A DNA stretch of 64,000 bases from NCBI RefSeq assembly GCF_009834535.1, contig NC_045696.1:92692001-92756000 (forward strand), written 5' to 3'. Under the pieces are notes generated by a model that was not told the DNA's origin, made no database searches, and saw only the letters and a list, made by a program, of their open reading frames with translations. Shown one piece after another: positions 23,791 through 36,569 of the stretch; position 1 is the first letter of the stretch; each line of letters begins with the position of its first letter. This DNA comes from Camelus ferus. Its lineage: Eukaryota. A program made the translations under genes and the position numbers.

Positions 23791-26499
23791 TACCCTGCAC
23801 CTTCATGTGTTTGTTTGAAATGTTTGCTATCAACTGTTTTGTAAAAATCTGAATGCAGCTTCCAGCTTACAAAAAGTGATTTAGGGGTGTCAGGATATAG
23901 GTTGTACAAAAGCTGAATGCAAGAACCTCCTATCATGGCATCAGAGTAGAGACATATTATCTGTGTTTAATTAAAATAGATTTTTGTGCCTGGCCAGAAC
24001 GTATTTTGAAAAATGGAAAGAGTGATTCATTTCCATCTGTTCAGTGATATAGGCCCTAGAATTAGCATGAGATGGGAGCACTAAATGTATTGGCCTCTCA
24101 GCTTCAGTTTTGCATTCTGGGCTGAGTTTAAGCCTAGTGTTTTGAGACAGCATGGTTCTTGATAGTCGGACAGCTGCTTAATCTGGTGCTTGACTGAAGA
24201 AACAATCTCTTCCTCCCCGGTTGAAAACTTGACGTTGTTGGGGTTAATGAAAAAGTATCTCAAACGTGGCACCTTCCTACAGAAAACTAAAGGATTAAGA
24301 AGATTTCAGAATTAGCTTTGTATTTACTCAATCCCCAAATAAGATATGACTATATTGTATAATCAAAATAACATTTTCTGGGGATGCTCTTCAGTAGATA
24401 TTTTGAGCAAATGCTTAAGGGAGAGATTTGTGACAGAGAAGAAAAATTTTGTTTCTTGCTAAGACTTAGCTGGTAACTGGGGGCCAGATACATAATATTT
24501 CTATTTCAGTATCTTTCGCTGTGGAAGAGCAGTGACCTGAATGATGGGTGTCTAAAGTCTCTTCATGCTCTAACTTGTAAAGTAGAGCTGTGCTGGAAGC
24601 TAGATGAAAGGAAGGCTGGATGGTTATTTAGAACAGAAACTGAAAGTTTGTTTTCCTGCCACTGATTTCTGAAGGACTAAAGTTAATTTCCATAGTATGA
24701 CCGAGAACCTGGTTTGAGCCAAGGATGGTTGTATCACACAGTGCTGCTTTATTTTTCTACTTCTGATGGTGTTAGAGAATGAACCTACACCACAAAGAGT
24801 CTGGGGGCCTAGCCCAAAGCCTTGAAAGCTGAAATTTTTTTGAAATTAAATGTTTTGTCTTTTAAATTCTTGGAAATTTTGCCTTCTCTGTAATATATGT
24901 TTTTCGTGAAAATGTTATTGAGTAAAATGAACTTTAGGAAGATGTACCATGTTTGGTTTGCATACCCTTGACATTCCACCATATGGGAAATGGAGGTGGG
25001 AGGGGTAATACAAGGAGCCAGTAAAGAAGTAGGCTCAAGTATCTAATGTTCCAGACTTCATGATTTGAGCTAAAATAAGTACCTTTGTTCTCAGGCGTAT
25101 CTGTTTGATAGGAAAGAGAGCCTACTTGCAGTAGGTGTATCAGAGCACCTGGGTAGTATAATGGAAAATATTCTTGTTTTAGAATCAGATCTGAGTTTGA
25201 ATCCCACCTCTGGCATTTTCTGGTTTGTGATCCTCTTTCGCTGAGTATAAAGCAGGGGTAATAATGCTTGTCTTGGAGAGTGATTTTGGGATTTATTGCA
25301 CTGTCCTGTGTTTTGCCTTGGCATCATAGGCACTCAGGTGCTACCTATTATATCCTTGATTACTAGTGAATTGTTACACGCTCTTAATTTTTGCATTTAT
25401 GGGAGCACTAGGTAAGTTCTAGTAGCCACTTCAGAATATTTACTTTGTCTTATAGGTCTTTGTACAAAAATCATGTTTATGAAACTTGAACATCAGTTTT
25501 GATATCTTGATCATACATATATACATCATAATGCTTTTGCAGATAAAATACATAAATCAGAATTAACCAAAATGTTAATAATAAAATATTTAGATTATTC
25601 TTGGTAATAATGTCTTTACAGTGGTTGGTATATCAGACTATGGATGTTTTGTAGCATCAAAGCAATACTAAACAATAGTCCATAGTCTCATGGTCAGTAT
25701 TTATGATAATTGCATTCATAAAACTTCTTAATATTTTTTCTGGCAGTGGCTAAGCCTCTCCTGAGCTATTGCTTCATTCTTTAATCCATGTGAGCAATGG
25801 AGAGCCTTTGAATGAAGGCTCTGAATGACTCACTGTCACTGCTTCCTTCTTTCTCACTGTTATCCTCAAAGCACAAAGAAATTAGAAATAATCTTATATG
25901 CAAACAATACTGAAACCTGTTTAACTTGTTCTTATTCTTTTCTCCCTTGCTACTGATATCAAGGAGTTTAAATTTAGATGAAGATTTTGTTCATTAAAAT
26001 TGGGAGAATATACTAAGCAAATTAATTTTTTTTTTTTTTTTTGCTTAGAAAACTGGAACTCTTAAAGTAGTATATAATTGAAAACTTTTCATTTTCACTT
26101 AACATTTTTGTAGAGACCATTAAGTGAAATTTCTGGTGAAAGTTTTTTTTCAGAGTTTCTTAAGCCCTAACTTAAATCAAATAATGAACAAAAACTATCA
26201 CTAAGAATAATATTATAGATGAAATTTTATAAACAAGTCATTATTTGCAACATTTCACAAATGAAATTAAGAATGCAAAAATAATGAACATTAGCCTCAC
26301 TTAGACGAATAATCTTAAACTGTTGTTCATTCCTTTTGAACCAGATTTCCAAAACATTATATTAACATATACTAGAAATTATGTTATTGTGTTACTTTAA
26401 TGAACTTTAATCTTAAGACATATATTAGCACGTTTTTAAATGGGTACTTTTGCATTTAGGAATGTTTCCTATTTTTCTTCTGATATCTAAAATTAAGTA

Positions 26500-26607
26500 T
26501 GGGGGAAAAAGAGGGCATAGTTCAAGTGGTAGAGTGCATGCTTAGTATGCAAGAGGTCCTGGATTCAATCCCCAGTACCTCTAATTACCTACCCCCCCAA
26601 AAATAAA
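26500..26607 (+). mobile_element. Camelid tRNA-derived SINE
   Basis: gagggcatagttcaagtggtagagtgcatgcttag...ttcaatccccagtacctc; TSD taaaattaagta at 26488-26499 and 26608-26619. Confidence 0.9.
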
Positions 26608-26619
26608 TAAAATTAAGTA

Positions 26620-27073
26620 CAGAGCCTCCTTGACTTATGATGGGATTATGTCCTGATAAACCTGTCGTAAATTGTAAATATCATAAGTCGAAAATGCATT
26701 TAATACACCTAACCTACCGAACGAACATCATAACTTAGCCTAGCCTACCTTAAATGTGCTTAGAACACTTCCATTAGCCTATAGCGAGGCAAAATCAGTT
26801 GAATATCTCGTGTAATTTATTGAATACTGTACCGAAAGTGAAAAACACAATGGTTGTATGGGTACAGAATGGTTGTGAATGTATTGATTATTTACCATCA
26901 TGATTGTGTAGCTCACTGGGAGCTGTGGCAGGATCATACCGAATATTGTTAGCCTGGGAAAAGATCCCAATTCAAAATTCAAAGTGCAGTTTCTGTTGAA
27001 TGAGTATTGCTTTCACACCATTGTAAAGTTGAAAAAAATCTCAAATCAGGCCATCATAATTTGGGGACTGTGT
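26620..27073 (+). mobile_element. MER47-like TcMar-Tigger DNA transposon (non-autonomous)
   Basis: Follows TA; cagagcctccttgacttatgatgg at the left end and ccatcataatttggggactgtg at the right end form degenerate terminal inverted repeats; internal aaaatgcatttaatacacctaacctacc. Confidence 0.8.
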
Positions 27074-27829
27074 CTAAGTTTCCCATTATGGAGAAAAGAA
27101 TTCACATCAGAATATAAATTTCCATACATGTTTGAAGCGGTTTAGCTTTAATTTGCATAATTTGAAAAACAGCCTTGTTTATGATTACCCTTATAGAGAC
27201 TAAATAGTACTTTAACATTAATTTTTAAGAAATCTTTATGTAGGCAGTGTGAAATAGTGGAAAGAGTATGAAACCCAAATTCAGAAGATTTAGGTTCAAG
27301 TTCTGCTTCTTTATAATTTGACCTTTGGCAAAGATTTAAATATTCTGAACTTTTCCTTGTCACTGCATAGCAATGACACCTGCTTTGCCTGTCTCACGTT
27401 TACTGTGTAAAAAAGGAGCATTTAAATACTAATGCGAAATTGGTCTGTACTTGAATGAAGTTGATCTAAACAAATAATGTTGTCTGCCTCCATCAAAAGT
27501 TAGGTTTAAGCCATAGTGATCATCTTCACCCAACACAGCAGCAGGACAAGACTGAATACAAAGGAAAAACCCTGACTTTGGAAAAAGGTGACTCATGAAC
27601 AGTTAGCTGTGCCACATGAGCAATAAAATAAAAGGCAAACACACAGAGAACTGAATACAACTCTAGACTATTAGGGCTAGAAACTATCTGGGATTTTCTA
27701 GCCAAGTCCTCTAATCTTATAGGTGAAGAAACCAAGACAGGGTTATCCAATAAGTTTTGTAGTGGCAAACAAACTAAGATGCGTTTCTCAGGGTGGTTAA
27801 GGAGACACAAGTTTTGAAATTAGTTATAT

Positions 27830-28010
27830 AAGGTACTGACTTAGAATGTAGCTTCAGGCACCATAACCTTTCAGCCTGTTTCTTCATTTGAAAATTGGGG
27901 CTACTAATAACCACATTTGTTGTGTTGCTGTGGTGAAGGAAATGACATGTAAAAGACTTAGCACATTTATGGCACATGGTATGCAATTATAAATAGTGCC
28001 TCTATTATTA
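27830..28010 (+). mobile_element. MIR SINE
   Basis: tcagcctgtttcttcatttgaaaattgggg...catgtaaaagacttagcaca. Confidence 0.6.
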
Positions 28011-28661
28011 CTACTGTTTTTAGCTGTTAGGCAGAATCTTCCAGAACATTATTCACTCCCTTTGCTTAATTTGTTCAAAATAATGGTTAATGGCCCAGCT
28101 GTCTTTCACTGAAACAACCCAAAGGGTACTCTTCACGTGTACCTTTCGTGCATCTGCAAATATGAGAAAACTGCTTATGTATTACAGTACTGAAAAGAGA
28201 GGGTATTCTTAAACAGATTAAAAGCAAAGTTTAAAAACAAAAGGCAGAAAATCTAATGCAAATGATCATGTTTATTGTCTTCGTTGTAATTTAGTAACTG
28301 AAATGGCTTAGGTGCTTAAGAAGTATGACCCAAAAGAGAAAATCATATCCCATTAAGCAGATTCCTTGAATAAAATGACACAGTAGACTTTTATTTCATT
28401 CAACCCACTAAGCCCTTTTCTTTTTCCTTTTTAAATATCACTGTCTGTTCTGGGTCTATATAATGTGTGTTTAACAGAGCCAGGACTGTCCTGTTTATCT
28501 GCCATGCCTGGCCTCTTGCCTTGAACGTGACAGTTACCTCTGTGTTGATTTTTTTTCTTTTAACAGATTTTAGTTTTGGAAAAGTTGTATACAGATTTAG
28601 TATAAATGAAGATATGTCATTTCAAAAGTTAATTATAGATTTAAAACATTTTTAATTTCAG

Positions 28662-28852
28662 ATTTCCTTTTTTTCTGGGGAACTGTATTTTTGATAACAA
28701 CAACTTTAGTTGCTCTTCTGAAAAAAGAAAACAAAGAAGTATCAGTAGGAAAAGAAGAAACCCAAGGGATCACAGATACTTACAAGCTGCTTTTTACAAT
28801 TATAAAAATGCCCGCAGTTCTGACATTTTGTCTTCTGATTCTTACTGCAAAG
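28662..28852 (+). CDS. SLC33A1: Acetyl-coenzyme A transporter 1, coding exon 2
   Basis: tttcag|AT TTC CTT gives (D)FLFFWGTVFLITTTLVALLKKENKEVSVGKEETQGITDTYKLLFTIIKMPAVLTFCLLILTAK|gtaaga; 191 nt; phase consistent. Too short for the ORF track. Confidence 0.95.
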
Positions 28853-29032
28853 GTAAGAGATTTATAAAGCAAATTTCCCATTCTGTTGCAGTGACCAATA
28901 TCATGGAATACCTCCCTTGCCTTTACATAAGTCCCTTTCCACTAATACTAGAATTTAACAATAAAACCTGATATTTTCTGTTTATTAATTGTATTTTAAA
29001 AGGTGTGGTGACACCAAATCAAATATAATTTC

Positions 29033-29104
29033 TTAAGGCACTGGGGATTGAACCCAGGACCTTGTGCATGCCAAGCACATACTCTGAGCTATACCCTCCA
29101 CCCC
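29033..29104 (-). mobile_element. Tail-less camelid SINE (tRNA head only)
   Basis: tRNA-like part only, flanked by TSD caaata(t/c)aattt at 29020 and 29105. Confidence 0.8.
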
Positions 29105-30451
29105 CAAATACAATTTTAGTGTAAGCTACAAGATTTAGGATCCTGGAAAAAATTGTCGATTTGAAATACTTCTAATAAATGTGAGGTTTTTAATGAATGA
29201 TATTAATGTTTGGAATGGAAATGAATGCCTTGGAAGATTAATAACTCTGTTACCAGGGGTTAAAGGAGGGTGGGAAGGGATAAATTGGGAATTCGAAAAT
29301 TGTACCCCTTGGGGTGTGATGAAAATAGTTAGCTATCTTGATTGTGGTAGTGGTTTCATTGCTGCATACATCTATCAAAATTCATCAAAGTGTACATCTG
29401 AAATATATGTAGTTTACTGTTCAGGAACCATACCACAATAAAGGTGTGAAAAAAAAATAGCTCTCTACTGTTAGAATAAGTACATACTTAATGTCATAGG
29501 TAGTAAATTATTTACTTATAATGATTAACAAAGACATGAAAATGTATGGGTATTAGAAGTCTATTTAAAAATCGGTTGAATTATTTTTAAAATATTAGAA
29601 GGGAATTTGCTATCAAATAAATGGGAATTTTGGTGACTTTTTAAGAATTCTGTATGTTTTCTGTATTAAGATGTCCTAATTTTATAGTTTTAAACATTTT
29701 AAAGAGATTATGCTAGAAGAAAGGTAAGTGTATTTTGTTATAGTGACCTGTTGCTAGTGTTGGAATTAATATTCCTGAAATCTAAAATCAGTTACAGGAT
29801 TTTCATATTATATATTTAAACCTATCTACATAAATACTTTTACAACTAGCTTTGGATAACCCTGAAGTAAAAATTGTAGCCTCATTGTTTTGAAATAGTT
29901 TTTCCTCCTCTCTAATGATAAGGAGGGTTAAATTTTAAGGAAATGTTAGGAAGGCTTAAACTTAACGTTCAACTTTAGGAAATGCTAAAAGTTTCAAGGG
30001 AGATAATAGCATGATCTGATTACATCATGTAGGGATAACCATTGGTAACATTTTTGGTATATTTCTCTCCAGCCTTCTTTTTCCCCCATGTACATACATG
30101 TGTGCATGTAGGTGTGGATATATATACTTTACATGCATAAATGTAATTCATCTATTATAATCAATAATAATGTATATTTATATACGTGCAAATACTTTAA
30201 AAGTGAAATTGGCTCATACTGTATACTTTTTTATCTTGTTATTGTCTTCTTATTCTATATTCATTAAATAATATTTGAAAACATGTTTTTAATAGCTATG
30301 TAATTGTCACAGTGTATGAATTTGTCATAATTTACTTAATCATTTTTCTATTGTATATTTAATTTGCATTTGTTTTTAATATAAAAACGTGCTAGTGAAT
30401 ATTTTTGTGTGTAACTCTTTCTTTGATGTTCTGAATATTTTCTTCTAATAG

Positions 30452-30605
30452 ATTTTTTAAATTAGTTTAATTTTTAACATTTGTTTGGGGCAAGGTAATG
30501 AGGTTAATTAATTAATTTTTTAATGAAAGTGCTAAGGATTGAACCCAGGACCCTATGCATACTAAAGCATGCACTTTACCACTTGAGCTGTATCCTCCCC
30601 TCTTC
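30452..30605 (-). mobile_element. Camelid tRNA-derived SINE
   Basis: A and B boxes on the minus strand; TSD cttctaatag at 30442-30451 and 30606-30615. Confidence 0.88.
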
Positions 30606-31175
30606 CTTCTAATAGCTTCTTAAGTGGGTTAGTGAATATGATTGTTAAAGTATTTTTTAAAAGATTTTATAATTTATATTGTCGCCAGCAATATATAAGT
30701 AGTTGCTTCAATATCAGAATCCCATGTTCCCCCTTTAAATGTCATCAAAAGTAACATCTCTCCTAACTTTTAATACCATAGATTAGTTTTCCTTGCTTTT
30801 GAGTTTTATGTACATGGAATATCCAATATGTATTCTTACATCTGGCCCTTGCATTCTTTCACTCAACATCATATTTGTATAATTTATCTGTATTGTTATT
30901 TATAGCAATAATTTGTTCATCTCATTGCTTAATAATATTCCATTGATGAATATGCCACAATTTATCCATTCTATCAACAGATGTTTAGGTTATTTCTACT
31001 TTTGGACTATTATGAACAGTGCTTCTATGAACATTCGTGTGCATTACTTTTGGTGAACATAGGTGCGCATTTCTGGTGGATAAATACCTAGGAATAGAAT
31101 TGGTGGGCCATAAGAAATGCATAGTATATGCTGGCAAACAGTTTTCCAAATTGGTTATTTCCAAATTAATTTATT

Positions 31176-31622
31176 TCAAACAGATAACTTATGGTTATCA
31201 GGGGAGAATGTGATGGGGAGGGATAAATTGGGAATTTGGAATTTGCAGATGCAAACTACTATATATAAAATAGATAAACAACAAGGGAGAGGGTATATAG
31301 TTCAAGTGGTAGAGCATATGTTTAGCATGCACGAGGTCCTGGGTTCAATCCACAGTACCTCCATTTAAATCAATAAATCAATAAATCTAATTACCTCCCC
31401 CATCAAAAACAAAACAAAACAAAATTTTTAAAAAATTGATAAACAATAAGATCCTACTGTATAGTGCAGGAAACTATGTTCAATCCCTTGTAATAGCCTA
31501 TAATGAAGAAGAATATGAAAAGGAATATATATGTACAACTGAATCACTATGCTGTGCACCAGAAATGGATACAACATTGTAAATTAACTATACTTCAATT
31601 AAAAAATATATGTATGTATATA
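31176..31622 (+). mobile_element. Younger artiodactyl/camelid L1 3' end
   Basis: gggagggataaattgggaatttgg...ctactgtatagtgcaggaaactat...caacattgtaaattaactatacttcaattaaaaaa. Confidence 0.8.
31284..31436 (+). mobile_element. Camelid tRNA-derived SINE nested in the L1 3' end
   Basis: Full SINE body with TSD gataaacaa(c/t)aag. Confidence 0.9.
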
Positions 31623-32129
31623 TAAAGTGGTTGTTCCAATTTTCCCTACCACCAGCATTGTTAAGAGAGTTCCAATTACTACACAGTCTTGAAAACACAT
31701 ATACTGTCTTTTCAATTTTAGCCTTTCTGGTTGGTGTGTAGTGGCATCTCATGGCTTTAATTTGCATTTCCCTGATGACTAAAGAAGTTGAACATCTTTT
31801 CATATGGTTATTGGCCACTCAAATATCCAGAATTGCCCTTGCTTTAAATTTGTAGAATTTTGATTTTTTTATGTATCCTGGATATGAGTTTTCTTGTTAG
31901 ATATGTGTATTACAGATGTCTCCTATACAACTTTCAAGGCAGAGTAAATGTTGCAGGTCACTTTGTAGATCTAATTTCTACAAAGAGAATGGGTGAAATA
32001 TAAGTGAAATTCTTTTCTGAACTTAAGTGAAATATCTTTGACCTTTAATTTTTTTTATGTGAAATTTGCTCTTTGGCTCCATTGTAAGAAGTTAAAAGTA
32101 TTTAATGTATTTATCATTCCTTTTTTTAA

Positions 32130-32890
32130 AAAAATTATTTGTATAATTTCATACTTAATGAGAATTTACTTGTATAGTTGAAAAAATTTCCATACATGTT
32201 TATCCAAATTCTCTAATTGTTAACATTTAGCTTCATTTCCTTTATTCTGTAAATTTGTGCTGTATTGCTTAGATTTTATGAAGTATTTGAGAGCAGTTTT
32301 TGCAGATATCATGCCCCTTTACCCATAAATACCTTAAGTATGTATCTCCTACGAACACAGTCTTTCTCTTACAAAGCCACAACTTAATCAAAAATCAGGA
32401 AATTTTAAGTTGATATAATACTACTTTCTAATCATAGTCCATATCCAAATTTCATCAGTTGTCCCCAAAGCAGCCTTTATAACTATTTTTTCTTGGTCAG
32501 GGATCCAATTCAATATCACATTATATTTTAGTTGGTATGAGCTTTTCTTTGTCCTTCATAACCTGGACATTTTAAGAGAATACAGGCCAATTATTCTATA
32601 GAATGGGCTTCTATTTATGTTTGTCTAATGTTTCCTCATGTTTAGGTTCAGGCTGTGCATATATGTCAGGAATATGACAAATAATATTGTGACATTTTCA
32701 GGGAATTATATCAGGAGCTATATCATGTCCTTTTATCCCATTAACTATTGTTGTTAATCTTGATTACCTGTTAACTCACTACAAAGTTACTATTTTTCCT
32801 TTTGTAACTAAAAACTTATTTATGAGGAAGTAACTTTAAGACTGTCTAAATATCTTACTTCACCTCTTTTACCCACTGCTTTTAGCATCC
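32130..32890 (-). mobile_element. L1MC4-like 3' fragment
   Basis: gagaatacaggccaattattctatagaatg...tttgtctaatgtttcctcatgtttaggttcagg. Confidence 0.6.
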
Positions 32891-33463
32891 TTACTCTTCT
32901 TTCATTGTTTTTAAGAATTAATCTAACAGTACTTTTTCTTACATCTCATTTTATTCAACCTCTCAAATGTAACATTTTCTCAGAATTACTTTTGAAAAGC
33001 TAGATAACTTTTGGAAATTTTATTGTCAGTCATGAATCATCAGAAATGTGTATAATATGTGGCAATGATGCTTCATTTTAACCAGAGTTATTTGGCATCA
33101 AAGGCTTTTCTTTTAAACTTAAATTATATAAATCAGTACATCTGGAGTTGGATGCTGTTTAAGATACAGAACTTTTTTTTTAAGATACAGAACTTTTGCA
33201 ATGGAAATTTAGTTGTAATTAAAATTACAGTTCCTAAAAGTACTGAATTTTCACTTGTTTTCACTTAATATTGTTAGTAGACTATAGGGTACAGCGTGCC
33301 TTCTGTAACTTAATTGTTGTACCAGATGTAATAATATGATACTTACTAGTAACTGGCATGGGTCAGGAATGAGATTGAGGTTCATAAATTACTTACATAT
33401 GCTTGGAGGAAAATATTTCATAAGTTACAAATTAAAATGTTTTTTTTTGTTTTTATATTGCAG

Positions 33464-33648
33464 ATTGGTTTTTCAGCAGCAGATGCAGTAACAGGACTGA
33501 AATTGGTAGAAGAGGGAGTACCCAAAGAACATTTAGCCTTATTGGCAGTTCCAATGGTTCCTTTGCAAATAATATTGCCTCTGATTATCAGCAAATATAC
33601 TGCAGGTCCCCAGCCACTAAACATATTTTACAAAGCCATGCCCTACAG
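33464..33648 (+). CDS. SLC33A1: Acetyl-coenzyme A transporter 1, coding exon 3
   Basis: ttgcag|IGFSAADAVTGLKLVEEGVPKEHLALLAVPMVPLQIILPLIISKYTAGPQPLNIFYKAMPY(R)|gtaaaa; 185 nt. Confidence 0.96.
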
Positions 33649-33928
33649 GTAAAAATGAGATAAAAATACTAAAAATACTTACTAAATAAGAAAGGTTAAA
33701 TGAGGAACTGTCATCAGTATCACTAATATCTATGTGTAGAGTATATATGGAAAAAGGCTTGGAAAGCATCTTTAACTTCAGTATGATTTATATGCACTTT
33801 TTTCTCTTTTTAACCTCCTAACAGGTTTTGGATACAGGCTTCTTTCATATGATAGGCACAGAGATTTCTGTTCTTGTTGTTTTTTAACCTAAAATGGAAG
33901 TCAGCACCATCTCTTTCTTTTTCTTTAG

Positions 33929-34046
33929 ATTATTGCTTGGATTAGAATATGCTCTACTGGTTTGGTGGACCCCTAAAGTAGAACACCAAGGGGGATTCCC
34001 TATATATTACTATATTATCGTGCTGCTGAGTTATGCGTTACATCAG
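33929..34046 (+). CDS. SLC33A1: Acetyl-coenzyme A transporter 1, coding exon 4
   Basis: ctttag|(R)LLLGLEYALLVWWTPKVEHQGGFPIYYYIIVLLSYALHQ|gtaagc; 118 nt. Confidence 0.96.
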
Positions 34047-35734
34047 GTAAGCTTGCTGTGGTTTTCTTTTTTTTTTTTCTTTTTTAAAATTAAAAAAAAA
34101 CTTTTTTGGGGGGTCAAACCATTTTATTGAAGAGATTTGGAGGAGGGTCGAAGGGCTGGCAGGACAATTAGATCTGACGTCCTCGTCCGACTGGGATCTC
34201 TCTAACTTCACACTCACTGAAAAAAGCCTTAGTAAAATAAAGAAGACATTTTTCTACAGTTACGTTTAAATAATGATAATAAATTTAAAGTCTTAAATAT
34301 GAATCTGACACTGAAGAAATTATCTGATGGTGAGCTTTAAACCTTGTGGATTTTGTTTTAATGAATTCTGTTCTTGGAGAGAGAGTTCCTTCATTCATTT
34401 CATTTTTTTGTTCATTCAGTAAAAGTTTATTACATTTGAGAATTTATTCCAAAGTTAGGAATTCTGCCCTTGCTAAGCATCCTTCAGTTCATCCTTAGAT
34501 TTGAGTCCTTTCTTCTATTCCTGATTTTTTTTTTCCCGGAAAATATTGAGAAATAATGATGGCTTCCAGGTCCATCATTATTTCTTCCAGGTCCAAAAAC
34601 CAGGTTTTTGGTTTAGATTCTGTATTAAAAACTTTGACTTACTCTTTGTGGTTTTGGAAGCTGTATGTTAATCTGCTTTTTCTTTGTTTATTAAATATGT
34701 TTGTAATACCTAAAAGATATGATCTTCACTTTGCCATAGCTTCACCCAAGCTGTTGCTGCAGAATGGGGTTTTTTTTGTTGTTGTTGTTGTTTTCTGGGA
34801 ACAAGTGATTCAAGTAAATGGCAGACACCCAGCAGTAATTTGTGGGACTTAGGTGCAATTATTGCTAATGTGTGTTTCAGAGTAACTTTGGATTTTTCTA
34901 TAGAACCTAGTTTAAACTCTTTGAAAATTATATTTATAAACTCCTTCCTTTGTTTTTAACTGAAGCCTAAAAAATATGGTACCAGGTAATCTCAATGTTT
35001 TGTATACAATTATATTATTTAGGAGAATTCTGTAGTGGATCATTTTTGGCTAACTATATATAAAATCTTGAGGCTGGGGTGTCAAATATAATTTTTTTCT
35101 GTTTTGCACATACTTAGTTAATGCTAGGTGCAAAATTGAAGTTAAAATAAGTGCTTTCCCTTAGTAATGCTTCACAATCTGTGTAAGTAAAGGAAAACTA
35201 TGATGTAGTTATCCAAAAATCATTTGTTTGGCTTTGGAGTTCATGAGAGAATTCTCAAAGTATAGTCATTAAAACTCAGACAACCAGATGCTTTGTGGGA
35301 AAAAAGGTACAAGGTCAAACAAATTTGAGAAATGATACACACCATAACCCCTCTTTATGTAGCATCTTAATCATTCCTTCAGCAAATATTAAGTGGACAG
35401 TTACTCCTTGTTGCAACCATCCTAAGTACTAAAACAGTGAATAAATCACGCCAAAATCTCTGCCCTTAAGGAGTTAAGGAGTTTATATTCCAAAGGCTTC
35501 CAGAAGTCCTACAGTGAAAGGGGCCTATTTAATTTTGTGTAACTTAGTGTTTCTCAGTCATTTTTGACCTTGGAACTTCTTTTTCTACTGAACATCCCAT
35601 GAAACAGTATTCAGAGAAATTCTGTTTTGGAAACATGGTTTATTTTCATGTTCCTAAATAGAAAATTAATTTTTGCCTCTTAAGCACTTTTTGCCTCTCA
35701 AGATTTTTCTCTTTAGTCTGTCACATAAATTTTG

Positions 35735-35739
<5 letters not shown>

Positions 35740-35801
<62 letters not shown>
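35740..35801. repeat. (TA)n microsatellite, about 31 units
   Basis: Uninterrupted TA run. Confidence 0.97.
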
Positions 35802-35805
<4 letters not shown>

Positions 35806-36265
35806 TATAGTCATATTCCTTTGAATGTTTGAGTTCTTATATATATAATACAAATATACATATAAACATATACATGCATGTGATATATTTAGGTATAGTA
35901 CGGATACAGAGTTTTGCTTATTGCTGTGTCCATCCTTCAATGATGCTTCATCTGTCATTTTCTCAATTGAGTCTTCCTTGACTACTTGTGATAGAATTAA
36001 TCTGCCAATTATTTAGGCCCCAGTAGCATGATGTGGACATTCTTTCCCTACTTCCTAGCTTAGAATAAATTTTTCAAAGACACAGAGGGACTACATCATC
36101 GATCATTGTATTGCCATGGTCTGGCTTAAAGCCTGGCCTGTGTTAGGTGCTCAATAAATATTTGTTGACTTGAGTTTAATAAGAGTCATGAAAATTAATA
36201 CTTAATTCAGACCATAGCTTTACAAAATCTAATTGTACTGAAAGTGTTTTACATTTTCCCTGTAG

Positions 36266-36481
36266 GTTACGTTGTACAGCATGTATGTTTCCATAATGGC
36301 TTTCAATGCAAAAGTTAGTGATCCACTTATTGGAGGAACATATATGACCCTTTTAAATACTGTGTCCAACCTGGGAGGAAACTGGCCTTCTACAGTAGCT
36401 CTTTGGCTGGTAGATCCCCTCACAGTGAAAGAGTGTGTAGGAGCATCAAATCAGAATTGCCAGACACCTGATGCTGTTGAG
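36266..36481 (+). CDS. SLC33A1: Acetyl-coenzyme A transporter 1, coding exon 5
   Basis: ctgtag|VTLYSMYVSIMAFNAKVSDPLIGGTYMTLLNTVSNLGGNWPSTVALWLVDPLTVKECVGASNQNCQTPDAVE|gtaagt; 216 nt. Confidence 0.96.
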
Positions 36482-36569
36482 GTAAGTATGTTGCAATTTT
36501 AGATAACATTAAGCTTATATTAAGATGTTCATTTCCTCATTTTGCCTCTAGAAGTACTATCTCTTTTTT

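Larger units (their letters stand above)
30720..31925 (-). mobile_element. Old L1M fragment (ORF2 end/3' UTR) hosting a nested L1 and SINE
   Basis: ORF 31588..31818(-) MANNHMKRCSTSLVIREMQIKAMRCHYTP matches the L1 ORF2 C-terminal region. Confidence 0.8.
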
